Below are positions 47,366 to 58,612 of a DNA stretch of 64,000 bases, one piece after another. Within the stretch, counting starts at the first letter, position 1, and the number at the start of each line of letters is the position of its first letter. The notes under the pieces were generated by a model. The model had not been told where the DNA came from, did no database searches, and saw only the letters and a program-made list of their open reading frames with translations. Origin of the DNA: Ostreococcus lucimarinus (taxonomy: Eukaryota); assembly GCA_000092065.1 (NCBI GenBank), contig CP000586.1. One strand, 5' to 3'. The translations under genes and the position numbers were made by a program.

Positions 47366-50300
47366 CTATTGCACGTCGTCGAGGATTCGTCTGATTGTGA
47401 CTATGATTTCGTCGTCGTCGTCGCTCCAGGACGACTTGCCCGCGTTTCGGATTCGTTTGGCGAAATCTTCGTCGAGCGCGAGGCGAAGGTACTTGAATAA
47501 CACCGCCACCGGTGCGTCACACTTGAACTTGATCCAGTTATCCATGATCACGCGTGCGTTCGCGTGCTGCACCTCGAGGTTTCCACCGAAAAGTAATAAC
47601 GCCTCGGGTGCGACGACAGTACAGTCTCGCAAGTACACGCGTGCCGTTCGCATCTTTTCGTGATACACCATGAACGGATACGCGGGCTTGCGGTCGATTC
47701 CGATCCCTTTGTTCACGCTCGACGGGTGCACGCGCACCTCTGACGTTGCGTCCTTCCACGTGTACTGCGCGTAGTCTTGATCCGATGCCTCATCGCCGAC
47801 GGCGACGTTTGCGTACAGGCCCGCCGTGAGCACAGCCTTGATCATTTGTACGCGGCGCGCGTCTTTGTTCCAAGCCTGCGTGCGAATAAAAATGCGAAAT
47901 GTCAGGGATAATCATCCAACGAGACGAGCTATGAAACTTAAATGTTGCGAAGCTGCTGGGATGTGCGCGTATTTCTATACGCGTCATCGAAAAGCCTCAT
48001 CGTCGATGTACGGAAATAACTTTACGCGCGCGCAGGTGGCTGCATGCGCACACGCCCGGGGCGCTTCGAGTGAAGCACCCATCTCCGAGTACGAGAAATC
48101 GTGAAGTCAAGTGTTAACGTACCGCTTTAGGATCATCCAACCAATTTGTGTTTCTACCTCGAAGTGAGTAACCGGCGGGGACTCGAATGACGCCCATGTC
48201 CGCGAGAAGCGCGGCGTACTGCGTGCGCATTTCTGAAATCTGTCTCATCGTGTCCACGTCGAGCGCATTTTTCTGCGCAAATCTTCGTCCGGCGTTGCGA
48301 CTTTCTTTCGATGCTTCGATATAGCCGTCGTAAGCGGCGACGACCACTAGGTGATCGCTTTGCTGCCCGGCGGCCAAGGACACCGCGGCTGGTTGCGCGA
48401 ACGCACGCATCGCCGCTTCGACTTGACTGTTCGACGCCTTGGACGATTGAAAGGGCGACTTGTAGCTCAACGTTGCGGCTATGGTTAGAATCGGAGAGAG
48501 ACACCGTAGAATCACTCCGAATAATAGCATTTTCGCAACCCTCGCATCTACTGGCAGTGCAGCGAGGTGGCGACCTAAGGCAGTAAGTCGACCTAGCTCG
48601 TCGAAAGCGCCAATCTCGGTGAGCGTCTTCTTCGCCGCGGCAACAGCTTCCTCTTTTGGAGGCTCGGGTGCGTTCCCGAGAACCACTGCGGCGTCGCTGT
48701 GCAAATCGAGACTTGCGATCTGCAGTACGACTTCCGTGAGCGGCGCGCGGTGCATTTCAGGAACTTGGAATGGCCGCATCGCGCCGTTTGCGCGATGCGA
48801 GGTGAAGAGCGCATAGCATGTTCCCGCTCGAACTCGACCGGCGCGACCGGCGCGCTGTTTCGCCGCTGCGCGGCTGACCCATCCCTCCTCAAGCGAAGCC
48901 ATACCTCGTCGAGGATCCCACTGTCGCTCCTTCACGCGACCGGAATCGATGACGACGACGATGTCTTCGATCGTCACCGACGTTTCTGCCACATTCGTAG
49001 CCACCACAATTTTGCGCACGCCGGGTTTCGGCACCCTGAACGCCTCGCGCTGCTCGGCGTTCGTCAACGCGGAGTGTAATGGCGTGAGCACCGCATCTTT
49101 AAATCGCGGTGAGCTGGCGAGACGATCCAAAAGCCCTGTCACCTCGCCGATACCGGGTAAGAATACCAAAACTGCCCCATCGTCGGTGACGTCGTCGACG
49201 TACGCGAGAAGCTCTTCGATCAAGTCGTAATCGATGACGGACTCATCCAGGCGAGACAGCGACAATCGTGTATTCCGTTTGCAATACTCGTACTTGCTCG
49301 AGTCATAATCTGGATTTTCTGGGTTCTCTTCACCACCGAACTCCGACGCCGCGTCTTCGCCCCAAGACCCCAAGAGCTCGTTCTGGCGCCGCCTATCGCC
49401 CCCGCCGCCCGCCTTGATGGCTTTCATCGCATCTTCGGCTTTGCCCTTTGGTCGTCGACATGAACGATTATCCGGGTCGATGACATAATCCAATGTGTCA
49501 TAAATATGTTCCAGATGAATCGTATCTACGGGGAACGAGCGCCCGGGCGCTGATATAACCGGCGAGCCACCGAGATACTCGCTGAATAAAGCTGCGTTCA
49601 AAGTGGCAGACATGAGCACGAGTTTCACAGGAGGCAAACCAGCTTCGCGGCGACGTCTTGGAAGATCTCTGAGAAGCGTCAACAAGAAGTCACCGTCTAG
49701 AGAGCGCTCGTGGACTTCATCGACGACGACATGCGTGACATCGGTAAGCATTCTATCGCCTTGCAACCTCCGCAACAGAATACCAGTGGTGCAAAAAGTG
49801 AGACGTGTCGCGCTGGTTATTTTCGCATCCAATCGGACGTGGTGCCCGACAAGCGAACCATTACCCCCGACGCCGTTTTTTTCGCATCGTTCGGCAGATA
49901 CGCGCTCGGCGATACTTGTAGCCGCAACACGACGTGGTTGCGTGCACACGATATTGCAAGCACCGCCCTGCTCTCGTTCAATGGCGTCGTCGAGAAGAAA
50001 TTGTGGTACCTGAGTCGTCTTACCGCAACCTGTCTCGCCACATACGACGACAGCATCGTGAGAACGAAGCCGATCGAGAAGCTCGTCAGCCAGCGCACAA
50101 ATAGGGAGCGTCGAGCGCTTCGCAAACAGTTTCTTCCACTGCGGATCCTGCTTTGTCGCCTCGAGGTGCTCTTTCAGTCGTCGACTCACCTCCGCATGCT
50201 TGTTCATGTTTGCCCTGGCCGTGCGCAAACGATCATTCTCTTCTTTAAGTTTTAACTCGCGAGCTTTTGCCGTCAATTCATCTACATATGTACCCCCGTT

Positions 50301-51905
50301 ACTAGCATCGGGCACGTTCAAGCCATCGGTGCCTATTGTCTTAATGAGCGCATCTATAAAATCGTCTCTCGCGTTCTCACCGACATCCGCGACGTCTGAA
50401 TTCATGAACGCGATGGCCCACCGAACCCACAAATCGCGATACGTCTCGGACAATTCCAACGGCACGATTTGGTTTTCCTTGCTAAATGACGCTTCAAACA
50501 ACGCACGCGTAGCCGCACCATTTTGCGCGTCGTTAATGCTCAACCAACCGCCAGCTGTAGGTTCGTCCTCGTCGTGCGTAGAACACACAAGCGTCGGCTT
50601 GCGTTTGTACTTTGGCCCGGTTGAACGTTCGACAGAAACGACGTATCGGATGCCTTCGGCGCTCTTGTCCCGTTCGAATCGTGGTACGAGCCATCCTTCA
50701 CGCTTCGCCAACTGTGCGAGCATATTTTTGGGTGTCATCTCTTCCACTTTGCTATCCTTGGCAGACTTGGATTTGATCGCGCTTGTTTGCGCATTCGCAG
50801 TCGACGCCACTCTCTTACCGTCACTGAACAACAATTCGTGCTTAAACATCTTTGTGATAAGTTCTACGGGATCATCTTCTCCTGAACCAATGATATCATT
50901 CGCACCATCGCTGAACACGTCGAAATCAAATTCTTCGTCGTCCGAATCTTCCTTTGCGCTCGGCTTTGATTCGGCTTCATTTTTTGCGCATATCTTCGTC
51001 GGCGACGTGTCGGCGTTTCCAGTCGCACTCACTTCTGATTTGTCCCGCGATGCATCAGCGTTCGCCGCTATCTCCACCAGCTCTTCTACGGAAGCTACTC
51101 TCGGTGGATCGATGTCATCATCATTCATACCGAGCTCGTTCGCCGTGGCTTTTAATCTCCGAATCGCTTCGGCGACGTCCTTCTGCTCCTTCTTATTCTT
51201 TCCCTTCTTTGCCTCGCTCGCCCGCGTCTTCAACGCGGCGATCTCTTCCGCAAACTTTGCGATCAATTTTCCAGGATCCTTCGCGAACTCTCTACGCTGC
51301 GTCCACATCATTCGCTTCGCCGCCGCCTCTTCGTCGCTCAGTCCAAAATCCTCGAGCGAGTCATAACCGTCGTCGCTATCGTCGTCGTCATCGCTATCTT
51401 CATACGCCGAATACCGTGCCGCGATCCACGCCTTATCCACCACCGTATCATCCATGTTCGATTCGTTTCGTTTACTCACCACCTTCTTCATCGTCGCATC
51501 CACCGCCTCGATGACGCGCCTTGGCGCCGTCTCGCCACTCGCCGCCGTCGCCTCCACCGCGCCGTCTGCGTCCAAACGAAACTCCGAACGTTCGACCGTT
51601 TGAAACCGTCGCGGTAACCGCGCGTTCGCGACGTTCAAACACAACCAGTCTAAAACGTCGTCCTCGGCGAACACGCCCGCCGTATCGCCGCATACGGCGC
51701 GTAAAGCGTCCTCGACGTCGCCGACTCGGAATCCCTGGCTGAGCAAACCGTCGTACGTTTTGCGCGTCTGCGTCGCCGTCACGCGCGTTTTCGCGAGGTC
51801 ATTCGCGCGAGTGTGTACGTCGGTGTCACTCACGAGCGCACGCACGAGCGCCTCTTGACGCGCGGTGAGACGGACGCGCGCGGACTCGTCTCTGGTCGAG
51901 ACCAT
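47366..51905 (-). CDS. DEAH/RHA-box RNA helicase (DHX29/DHX57/DHX36-like) with an N-terminal UBA-like extension; two exons: join(47366..~47875, 48123..51905)
   Basis: Exon 1 motifs: VVVCGETGCGKTTQVPQF (motif I); DEVHERS (motif II); SATLNA (motif III); plus HA2 and winged-helix regions. Exon 1 stops at 48114 after …DDPKAVR. The C-terminal OB-fold domain (IKAVLTAGLYANVAV…) sits in a separate ORF, 47366..47845. A GTACGT donor lies immediately after …DPKA (donor G at 48122). An acceptor …CGCACGCAG at about 47876 restores the frame (…DPKA|AWNKDARRVQMIKAVLTAGLY). The ORF-track start at 51986 is a TTG. The first ATG is at 51905. Confidence 0.8.
47876..48122 (-). other. spliceosomal intron of the DEAH helicase gene (about 247 nt; GTACGT…CAG); boundaries accurate to about 1 nt
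   Basis: A canonical donor GTACGTTAAC immediately follows the last conserved helicase codons. A polypyrimidine-poor but clear CAG acceptor precedes the OB-fold exon in frame. Without splicing, the conserved OB-fold would be untranslated. Confidence 0.7.
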
Positions 51906-52055
51906 GGCGGCGAGTGAGGCGCGAGCGCGGCGTAACCGACGGTGAGCACGAGACGCCGACGATGCCGCGATCTCGGGTCGTTCCAAGGGGGGCGCTTGGG
52001 ACTGAATTATCGAGAAAGATTGTCGCTGTGGCTACTTCAAATTAAAACGAGGAGT

Positions 52056-54275
52056 CTATCGCTTGCCCGCGAGCGCGTTGTTGATTAACATGCGCGCCGA
52101 TTCCATCGCGTTCTCGTCGCCTCGAACGCGCAGGAGTGAGTTTCCCGAACCGCCTTTGGTCTCGTCGATTGAAACCATCGCCTTGCTCCGGTCTTGCACG
52201 CCCTTGATGGTGGTGCCTTTTTGACCGATGATTTTACCGACTATGATTTTGGGGATCTCAAGTTCAACGCACGGGCCTTTGGCGCCCTTTGGAAGCGCCG
52301 GGACTTTGGTGGATTTAAATTGCCCGCCTGTATACTCCCATCCGTATACGCCATCGCCCGTGAGTTTCACACCGCTTACCTTCGCGGCAAGTTCGAGAGC
52401 TGCTTTTTGCTCCGCCGCTTTCTTCGCGTCTTCCTCCGCTTGCTTCTTGAGCTCGATCGCGAGCAAGCGTTCGGCTTCAGCCTTCTCCGCCTCCGCTCTT
52501 TGCTCATCCGTCATGGCGTACAGAAAGCCTCCACCTCCTTTGCCTGCTTTCTTCTTCTTACGTGCAAGTAACGCCATTTCGTCATCGCTGTCGATGTCGC
52601 TCTCGTCGTCATCGTCCGGCGTATCGTCGTGCATCGTTTTTGCGGCCTGAAGACGCGCCGCCGCAGCGGCGTCAGCCGCCTTTCTCTTTTGCTCAGCTTC
52701 TTTTGCCGCCTTCGCTTGACGTTCTTCCGCAAGCTTTCGCTTGAACTTTTCACGCTCTTTCTTGTTCATCTTCGCCATGCGTGCCTCGAGCTCTTCCTCG
52801 GTCTCGCTTTCGTCCTCAGCTTCTTCCTTCGTCGCGGACGCCTTCGCCTCGTTCGATTCCGGCGCAGCAGCAGGCGCAGCGGGCTCATCATCGCTCGCTT
52901 CGTCTTCCGAATCGACCTTGACAGGCTTTTTCTTCTTCTTGCCTGCGCTCTTCTTACCGTTCTTTCTGAGATACGTCAAGAGTTCTTTGACGAAATTCGC
53001 GCTCTTGCCCATCATCTTCTTCACCTTGGGATCAGCGATGGGATTGTCGTCCAATTCGATCGCTCGCACCTTTTTCTCCTTGAGCTCTCCCCACTCTCCC
53101 GGAAGCTCTTCGATCTTGTTCGACTTCAAAAAAATCTCCGCTAAAAGAGTGCACTGATGAAGATCCGGCGGCGCGTCAGTAATTTTATTCATGCGCGCGG
53201 AAAGCGTCACCAAACGCTCCTTTGCCTCGATGGTGAAGTCGTCCAGCGTGGTGAGCTTGTTGTTGTCGACGACGAGCGTGACCAAGTTGTTCGCGTCATT
53301 GAGCGGAGCGAGCGATTTGATCTTGTTACCAGACACGCGCAAAATCTCCAAGTTCTTGCACTGCGCTAAGCTCGCCGGTAAACTCACGAGATCGTTATTT
53401 TCAGCCTCAAGGACCTTCAAGTTTTTCAACTTGCCGATGCTTTCGGGCAGCTCGACCAAACCGTTGCCGCTGATGATGAGCGTGAGCAAGCCAGTCATTC
53501 GACTGATGTCCGGCGAAAGCTTAGTCAACGAATCGCCGAGTTTGAGCTTCAAGTTATTGACGCTCTTGATGTAGAACAACGCCGGGTCGACCTCGGTATC
53601 GCCCTTGTTTCGTTCGATGGCCAACTCCTTCGCTTCGGTTTCCTTCGCCTTCGCCGTCTCCGGCCATCGAGCTTCCGGCGCTTTCCCCGCCGGTATCTCT
53701 TCCTCATCGTCCCCTGCATTCTTAACCTTCGCGCTCGGTTTCTCTCCTCGTCGCTCCAACGCCTCCATCTCCTTCTTTTTCCGCTTACTCCGCTGCGTCG
53801 ACGTCTCGCCCTCAAACGCGGCGTCGTCCTCGCCCTCCTCCTCCGATTCCTCCTCCTCCTCGCTCGAGTCCCCACCGCGATCGATTTTTCGCGCCAGCGC
53901 GTCGTGTCCACCCTTTCTCGCGTAATCCGCCGCCGTTTTCCCTTTCGCGCACTTCAGCTTATAATTCGCTCCCGCGTACAGCAACTCGTCGCACGACTCC
54001 GCGTGTCCCCGCGCCGCCGCCATCATCAGCGCCGTCCGTCCCTCGCCCTCTCCGTCCACGAAATCGATCGGTTCTTTCATCCGGCTCCGTCGGCAGTTAT
54101 CGAGCAGCATCTGCAGCGCCTTGTGCTTGTTCGCGAGAGCGCAGAGCATGATGGCGGTGACGCCGTCGTCGTCGCGCGTGCCGGGGGTTTGTCCACCGGC
54201 GCCGAGGCCCCAGCGCACGGTGTCGAGCTTGGAGTTGCGACAGGCGTTCAAGAACTGATCGCGCTTGGACGCCAT
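52056..54275 (-). CDS. ankyrin-repeat plus leucine-rich-repeat plus C-terminal KH-domain protein, 739 aa
   Basis: N-terminal ANK repeats (GVTAIMLCALANKHKALQMLLDN; GRTALMMAAARGHAESCDELLYAGANY). A long Glu/Lys/Ala-rich coiled region follows. There are 8-10 LRRs (LTLIISGNGLVELPESIGKLKNLKVLEAENNDLVSLPASLAQCKNLEILRVSGNKIKSL…). A type I KH domain is at the C-terminus (LEIPKIIVGKIIGQKGTTIKGVQDRSKAMVSID). ATG start. Confidence 0.7.
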   Translation of the reverse strand: MASKRDQFLNACRNSKLDTVRWGLGAGGQTPGTRDDDGVTAIMLCALANKHKALQMLLDNCRRSRMKEPIDFVDGEGEGRTALMMAAARGHAESCDELLYAGANYKLKCAKGKTAADYARKGGHDALARKIDRGGDSSEEEEESEEEGEDDAAFEGETSTQRSKRKKKEMEALERRGEKPSAKVKNAGDDEEEIPAGKAPEARWPETAKAKETEAKELAIERNKGDTEVDPALFYIKSVNNLKLKLGDSLTKLSPDISRMTGLLTLIISGNGLVELPESIGKLKNLKVLEAENNDLVSLPASLAQCKNLEILRVSGNKIKSLAPLNDANNLVTLVVDNNKLTTLDDFTIEAKERLVTLSARMNKITDAPPDLHQCTLLAEIFLKSNKIEELPGEWGELKEKKVRAIELDDNPIADPKVKKMMGKSANFVKELLTYLRKNGKKSAGKKKKKPVKVDSEDEASDDEPAAPAAAPESNEAKASATKEEAEDESETEEELEARMAKMNKKEREKFKRKLAEERQAKAAKEAEQKRKAADAAAAARLQAAKTMHDDTPDDDDESDIDSDDEMALLARKKKKAGKGGGGFLYAMTDEQRAEAEKAEAERLLAIELKKQAEEDAKKAAEQKAALELAAKVSGVKLTGDGVYGWEYTGGQFKSTKVPALPKGAKGPCVELEIPKIIVGKIIGQKGTTIKGVQDRSKAMVSIDETKGGSGNSLLRVRGDENAMESARMLINNALAGKR

Positions 54276-54543
54276 CGCGAGCGAGTTCGCGCGATCGATC
54301 GAGCGGGCTCGGCGAGAGAGGTCGGTCGATCGGCGCGTCGACGAGTGCGTCGGGACGAGGCGACGCGACGAGGGCGACGCCGCGCGGAGGCGAGCGCGAA
54401 CGACGAGGCGCTATTAATATGGTGACAAAAATGTTTACAACTCTTCTATCGAACAAAAATGTGCCCTCGCCGCGCCCGTTTTCTTGACTAATGAGCGTGC
54501 GCTAAGCGGCGCGGCGGGGCAGCGCCGAGAAATCTCGGCGTCT

Positions 54544-56253
54544 TCATCGAGCGTCTGCTCGCGGCGACTCCGGCGACTCCGCGCCTTCGTCTCCGCCTCC
54601 AGAACCGCCCGAGGAGATAGATCCCACGAGCGTGCTGGCTAATATTAATCCCGCGCCCGCGGCGGCGGATGGCGACAGGGTCTCACCGAGAAGCATGTAC
54701 GCGAATAGCGCGCCCCACACGGGTTCGGTGGAATACATGAGAGTCGCCTCTTGACTCGCGAGCAACGTCAGAGCGACGGTCTCGAGGTAAACACAACCGG
54801 CGGTGGTGACGACGCCGACGAAACCGATCAAACCCCAAGGGATCTCTGCGATGGAATTCACGCCTAAGATGGCTCCCAAGTCGCAATCGCAGTTGAGGTA
54901 GTCTCGAGCCAACAACCCGAAGAAGACGGTGACGACGGTGAGCATCTGAATGCACACCAAACCCATGGACTCTTTGTGCTTCAAATACACCCCGTTGAAG
55001 ATGCAATCAGTGCGGAAAATGTGTACACCGAAGATAAACGCCGACCCTAAAGTGTACAGGTCGCCACGAAGCGAGGCCGGGGCGTCGCCCGCGACGACGT
55101 CGGCGACGGCTGTAGCCGTCGTCGCGTCGACGAGGCCGGGGACGGAGACGAGGTCCTCCATCATGGCCAAACCCGCGACCGCGATCGCGGTCGCGATCCA
55201 CGTTTGCGAGCGAACCGACCGACCAGATAACCCAGCGATGATTGGGACGGCGATGATGGTGAAAGAGCTGATGAAACTCGCTCTAGCCGCGTCCGTGAGC
55301 TCGACGCCGAGGTTTTGCAAATAATATCCCAGCGACACCCACAACCCGAGTTCGAACCCGCCTCGAACGATTCGATCGTCCTTGAGCGCGGACTTTAAGA
55401 ACGGTGCGAACACCAACGACCCCGCGGTGAATCTCAAGGCGGCGAACAAGTCGGTGGACAAGTCCTGTTGCGCGATTTTAATCAACGTGATGTTCGCCCC
55501 GAAACCCGCCATGAGAAACGCGAACAAAACCAACCCTCGCGTTCGTTTACTCACCCCATCGTTCGCCTTATTCCACGCCCTCCAAAGCTCCTCGCGCTTC
55601 GTGTACTGCTTCTCCGCGCATTCTGCATCGTCGATATCGCACGTCACGTCCACGAAATCATCCAAAAACGTGCTCTCGATGGCGTGACTTCGATTCTGCC
55701 TCAACAGCGTCTCCGCGTATCTCGCCGTCGCCGTCGCCGCCATCGCCTCCATCACGTTCGCGTCTCCCATCACCTCCCCATCGACGTCCAGCGTCTCGAC
55801 GCTTTTCGTCACCACGTCTCCCGGCGGCGCGAACTGCCCTCCGCTCGCCCTCGGTTCCGTCGTTCGTCCTCGTCCGCTCGAGCGTTCGCCCAACAACCTG
55901 GCGCGTCCCGCGATCCCGTCCTCGTCCAATCGCCATCGCCCCTTCCTCGACCGCGCGCGCGCCCACCGCACCGCGCCGACCGCCCGTTCGTCGTCCCGCG
56001 CCATCGATCGCGCGACCAGCGTCGCGCGTTCGTCCTCGCGCTTCTCCCGCGCGTGCGCGTGCGCCGATTCTCGCGCGCGATGATGATCGTCGTGCGGATG
56101 CGTCGTCGCGCGTCGGTCGCGCGCCGCGCGCGCCGTCGTCCCGCGTCGCGCGCGCGCCGCGCGCGTCGTCGACGTCGACGTCGACGTCGACGCCATCGTC
56201 GCGCGATCGACGATCGCGGCGCGCGCGACGCGCACCGCGGGCGTCGACGCCAT
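54544..56253 (-). CDS. EamA-like drug/metabolite transporter (DMT superfamily), about 10 TM helices, with a long Arg/Ala/Asp-rich N-terminal extension
   Basis: The C-terminal ~330 aa carry repeated hydrophobic helices and EamA-like signatures (LFAFLMAGFGANITLIKIAQQ; FTIIAVPIIAGLSGRSV; VWGALFAYMLLGETLS). The N-terminal ~230 aa are low complexity with His-rich and RRR stretches; this may be a presequence or an N-terminal overcall. Confidence 0.65.
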   Translation of the reverse strand: MASTPAVRVARAAIVDRATMASTSTSTSTTRAARARRGTTARAARDRRATTHPHDDHHRARESAHAHAREKREDERATLVARSMARDDERAVGAVRWARARSRKGRWRLDEDGIAGRARLLGERSSGRGRTTEPRASGGQFAPPGDVVTKSVETLDVDGEVMGDANVMEAMAATATARYAETLLRQNRSHAIESTFLDDFVDVTCDIDDAECAEKQYTKREELWRAWNKANDGVSKRTRGLVLFAFLMAGFGANITLIKIAQQDLSTDLFAALRFTAGSLVFAPFLKSALKDDRIVRGGFELGLWVSLGYYLQNLGVELTDAARASFISSFTIIAVPIIAGLSGRSVRSQTWIATAIAVAGLAMMEDLVSVPGLVDATTATAVADVVAGDAPASLRGDLYTLGSAFIFGVHIFRTDCIFNGVYLKHKESMGLVCIQMLTVVTVFFGLLARDYLNCDCDLGAILGVNSIAEIPWGLIGFVGVVTTAGCVYLETVALTLLASQEATLMYSTEPVWGALFAYMLLGETLSPSAAAGAGLILASTLVGSISSGGSGGGDEGAESPESPRADAR

Positions 56254-56537
56254 CGGCGCGATGTGCGGCCGGTCGGAGGTCGGACGCCGCCGCGTTCGAA
56301 CGCGGCGGGGAAAAGATCGCTTTTTCGCGCGCTTTTTATGCGCGAGACCTCGTTGGGGGTGTTTGATGGGTGTAGATGTAGCTTAAATACTGCAGAGTGG
56401 CCATCGCGTCGCGCGTCGAAAACGGAGATCTCGACGCCAGCTGGCGGGGCGGGCGGACGCGCGGAGACGCGCGGGACGCGGGACGCGGGAAACGGCGCGA
56501 GGGCGCGCGAGGGCGCGAGGGCGTGGATTTGATGACA

Positions 56538-58343
56538 TCATCGCGCGTTTAAGGCATCCATTCGGTCCTGACAGGCGAAGTGGTCGTCGAGGGACGCGAG
56601 GGTGTTGGCGCAAATGACGCCGGAACCGGCGGCGGCGGGGACGCCGACGCCGGGGGCGACGGAATCGCCGACGCGGTAGAGGTTCTTGATGCCGGCGACG
56701 GTGGGACCGGGGAACATCGCGGGGGCGCGAATGGCGGCGCCGTACGTGCCTTTGTGACGACGGAGCCAAGATTTGTGCGTCGCCGGCGAGGCGACGAGTT
56801 CGAGGAGCACGCGATCGCGTACGTCGGGGATCACGCGCTCGAGAGCGACGTATAACTTATCCGAAGCCTCCTTCTTGCGCTTTTCGTACGCTTGTTTGTC
56901 GTTCGCCTTGAGCTCTTCCCAGCCTTCGAAAGGTTCCATGGTGTACGCGTGCACGCAGTGGCACCCAGCCGGCGCCATGTCGGGCTCCCAGACGCTCGCG
57001 ATTGAAATCATGCACACGTTCCCGGGTTGCGAGATCGGTTTACTCTTGTCCAACACCACGACGTGATGACCACCGGTGTGGGTGAAGTCTAAGCCCTCGC
57101 CCTCGATGCCGAGATGGAGGTGCATGAACGACTCGCTGTAAGGCGTCTCCATCGCTTCACGCGTCTCGGTCGCCGGCGCGGCGCCTTTCGGAAGGAGAGT
57201 TCCGTACGTGTCCCACACGCTCGCGTTCGAGAGCACGATCGGAGCACGAACTTCTCCCTTACCGTTCGCTAACTTGACGCCCACCGCAGTGCCGTTTTCT
57301 ACGATGATCTCATCCACGTGCGTCTTCAGACGAACCTCGCCGCCGTACTTTTCCAAGCCTCGCTGCAGCGCCTTGGCGATTTCCTCCGCGCCGCCGCGAG
57401 GAAACTCGCTCACGCCCAAACTATCACTCGCCCCGAACACGGCGGCAAACTCAGCGCTCACCGTACCGCTCGCGTCCACGCCGCTCAACAAAAAACACTC
57501 TAAATCGGCCAAGTAGCGCATCCAAGGATCTTTAATATCCAGAAAATCTAAAAGTTTCACCGTCGGCTGCGGCAGGACGCCCGAGTACGGACCCAGGCCC
57601 GCCATGGCTTTCATGTATCGACTCAAGATCATGAGAGCCACCTTCCAATCCGCGCGAAGCGCCGTGGTCGGCAGACCGCTGAGCGAGGCGTACATCGTCC
57701 GAATCTTCGGCACCGCCCGTTCGAGCTCTTCGGCGCCTCGCGGAGAAAACCGCTTCACCTCCGACACGAGCTTGGCCAGATCCGCGTGCCTGCGAAGACC
57801 CGGAGCGTCAGGTTCTATGTGAAACGTCCCCAGTGGGTCGTACGACACCGTCTCCAACTCCTCCCCGAGCAAGCGAAACACGCTCGCCAGCGGATTCAAC
57901 GCGTTCGGCTTCGTCAAACCGGCGAAAAAGCTCGGCCCGGTGTCGAACTTAAATTCCCCTCGCGCCGTCTTCCGCGCGAACCCGTGCGCGGCACCACCCA
58001 CGGCGTAATGCGATTCCACCACGATCACCTGATCGTTCGTTCCGATCGCGCGTCGCCGTCGTCAGTCGCGCGTCTCGCGCGTCTCGCGCGTCTCGCGCGT
58101 CTCGCGCGTTCGCCCACCCTCTCGCACCTTCTTCCCGTAATACGCCAGCATCGCCGCCGCGGTGAGCCCTCCGATCCCGCTCCCGATCACCACGACGTCC
58201 GCCTCCCCTCCCTCGCGCGCGCCGTCGCGCGTCGTCCCCGCGCGCGTCGTCGTCGCGCGTCGACGTCCGCGCCCGTCTCTCGCGCGTCCCGTCGCGCGCG
58301 TCGCGCGCGCCGTCGCGAGACCGTCGCGGCGCGCGGCGCGCAT
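56538..58343 (-). CDS. FAD-dependent carotenoid isomerase / phytoene desaturase-family oxidoreductase (CRTISO-like), plastid-targeted; two exons: join(56538..58028, 58128..~58343)
   Basis: Exon 2 has amine-oxidase/CRTISO-family motifs (KFDTGPSFFAGL; YRVGDSVAPGVGVPAAAGSG). The FAD dinucleotide-binding motif DVVVIGSGIGGLTAAAMLAYYGKKV lies in the upstream ORF 58062..58526. The two ORFs are joined by a 99-nt GTGCGA…CAG intron. The intron carries an in-frame TGA and a (CGCGTCT)5 repeat. The spliced product reads …YGKKVIVVESHYAVGG, as in CRTISO (…KGARVLVLEKYVIPGG). The ORF-track start of exon 2 is a GTG. The N-terminal ATG is about 58343 or 58526. Confidence 0.7.
58029..58127 (-). other. 99-nt spliceosomal intron of the CRTISO-like gene containing a (CGCGTCT)5 microsatellite
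   Basis: See the CRTISO-like CDS feature. Donor GTGCGAGAGG follows the KK codons. The acceptor is ACGATCAG|GTGATCGTG. Confidence 0.65.
58062..58100. repeat. (CGCGTCT)5 heptanucleotide tandem repeat inside the CRTISO-like intron
   Basis: Direct reading: gcgcgtctcgcgcgtctcgcgcgtctcgcgcgtctcgcgcg. Confidence 0.9.
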
Positions 58344-58612
58344 CGCGCGCGATCGTCGCGCGCGTCGCGCGGTCGCGCGGACGTCCGCGTCGGCGAGCGA
58401 CGTCGACGCGCGCGCGCGCGCGCGCGATGTCGAATGATCCGTGTTTTCAGTCTCACCGCGCCACGTGGCGCGCGCGGGGGCTCGCGATCGCGCGGCATCG
58501 CGCGCACACCGACGCGCGCGACGCACGCTCGACCGCCGACGCGCGCTCGAAACGTTCGAAAGAATTTAGTCCGTCGTTTCGCGACCGCACACGACCGATC
58601 TCGACGCGCACG

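Noticed and set aside
50200-51514. Plus-strand ORFs of 388 and 186 aa inside the helicase gene, and similar ones inside the ANK-LRR-KH gene (52228..53144)
   Set aside because: They are Ser/Leu/Phe-rich antisense translations of confident minus-strand genes.
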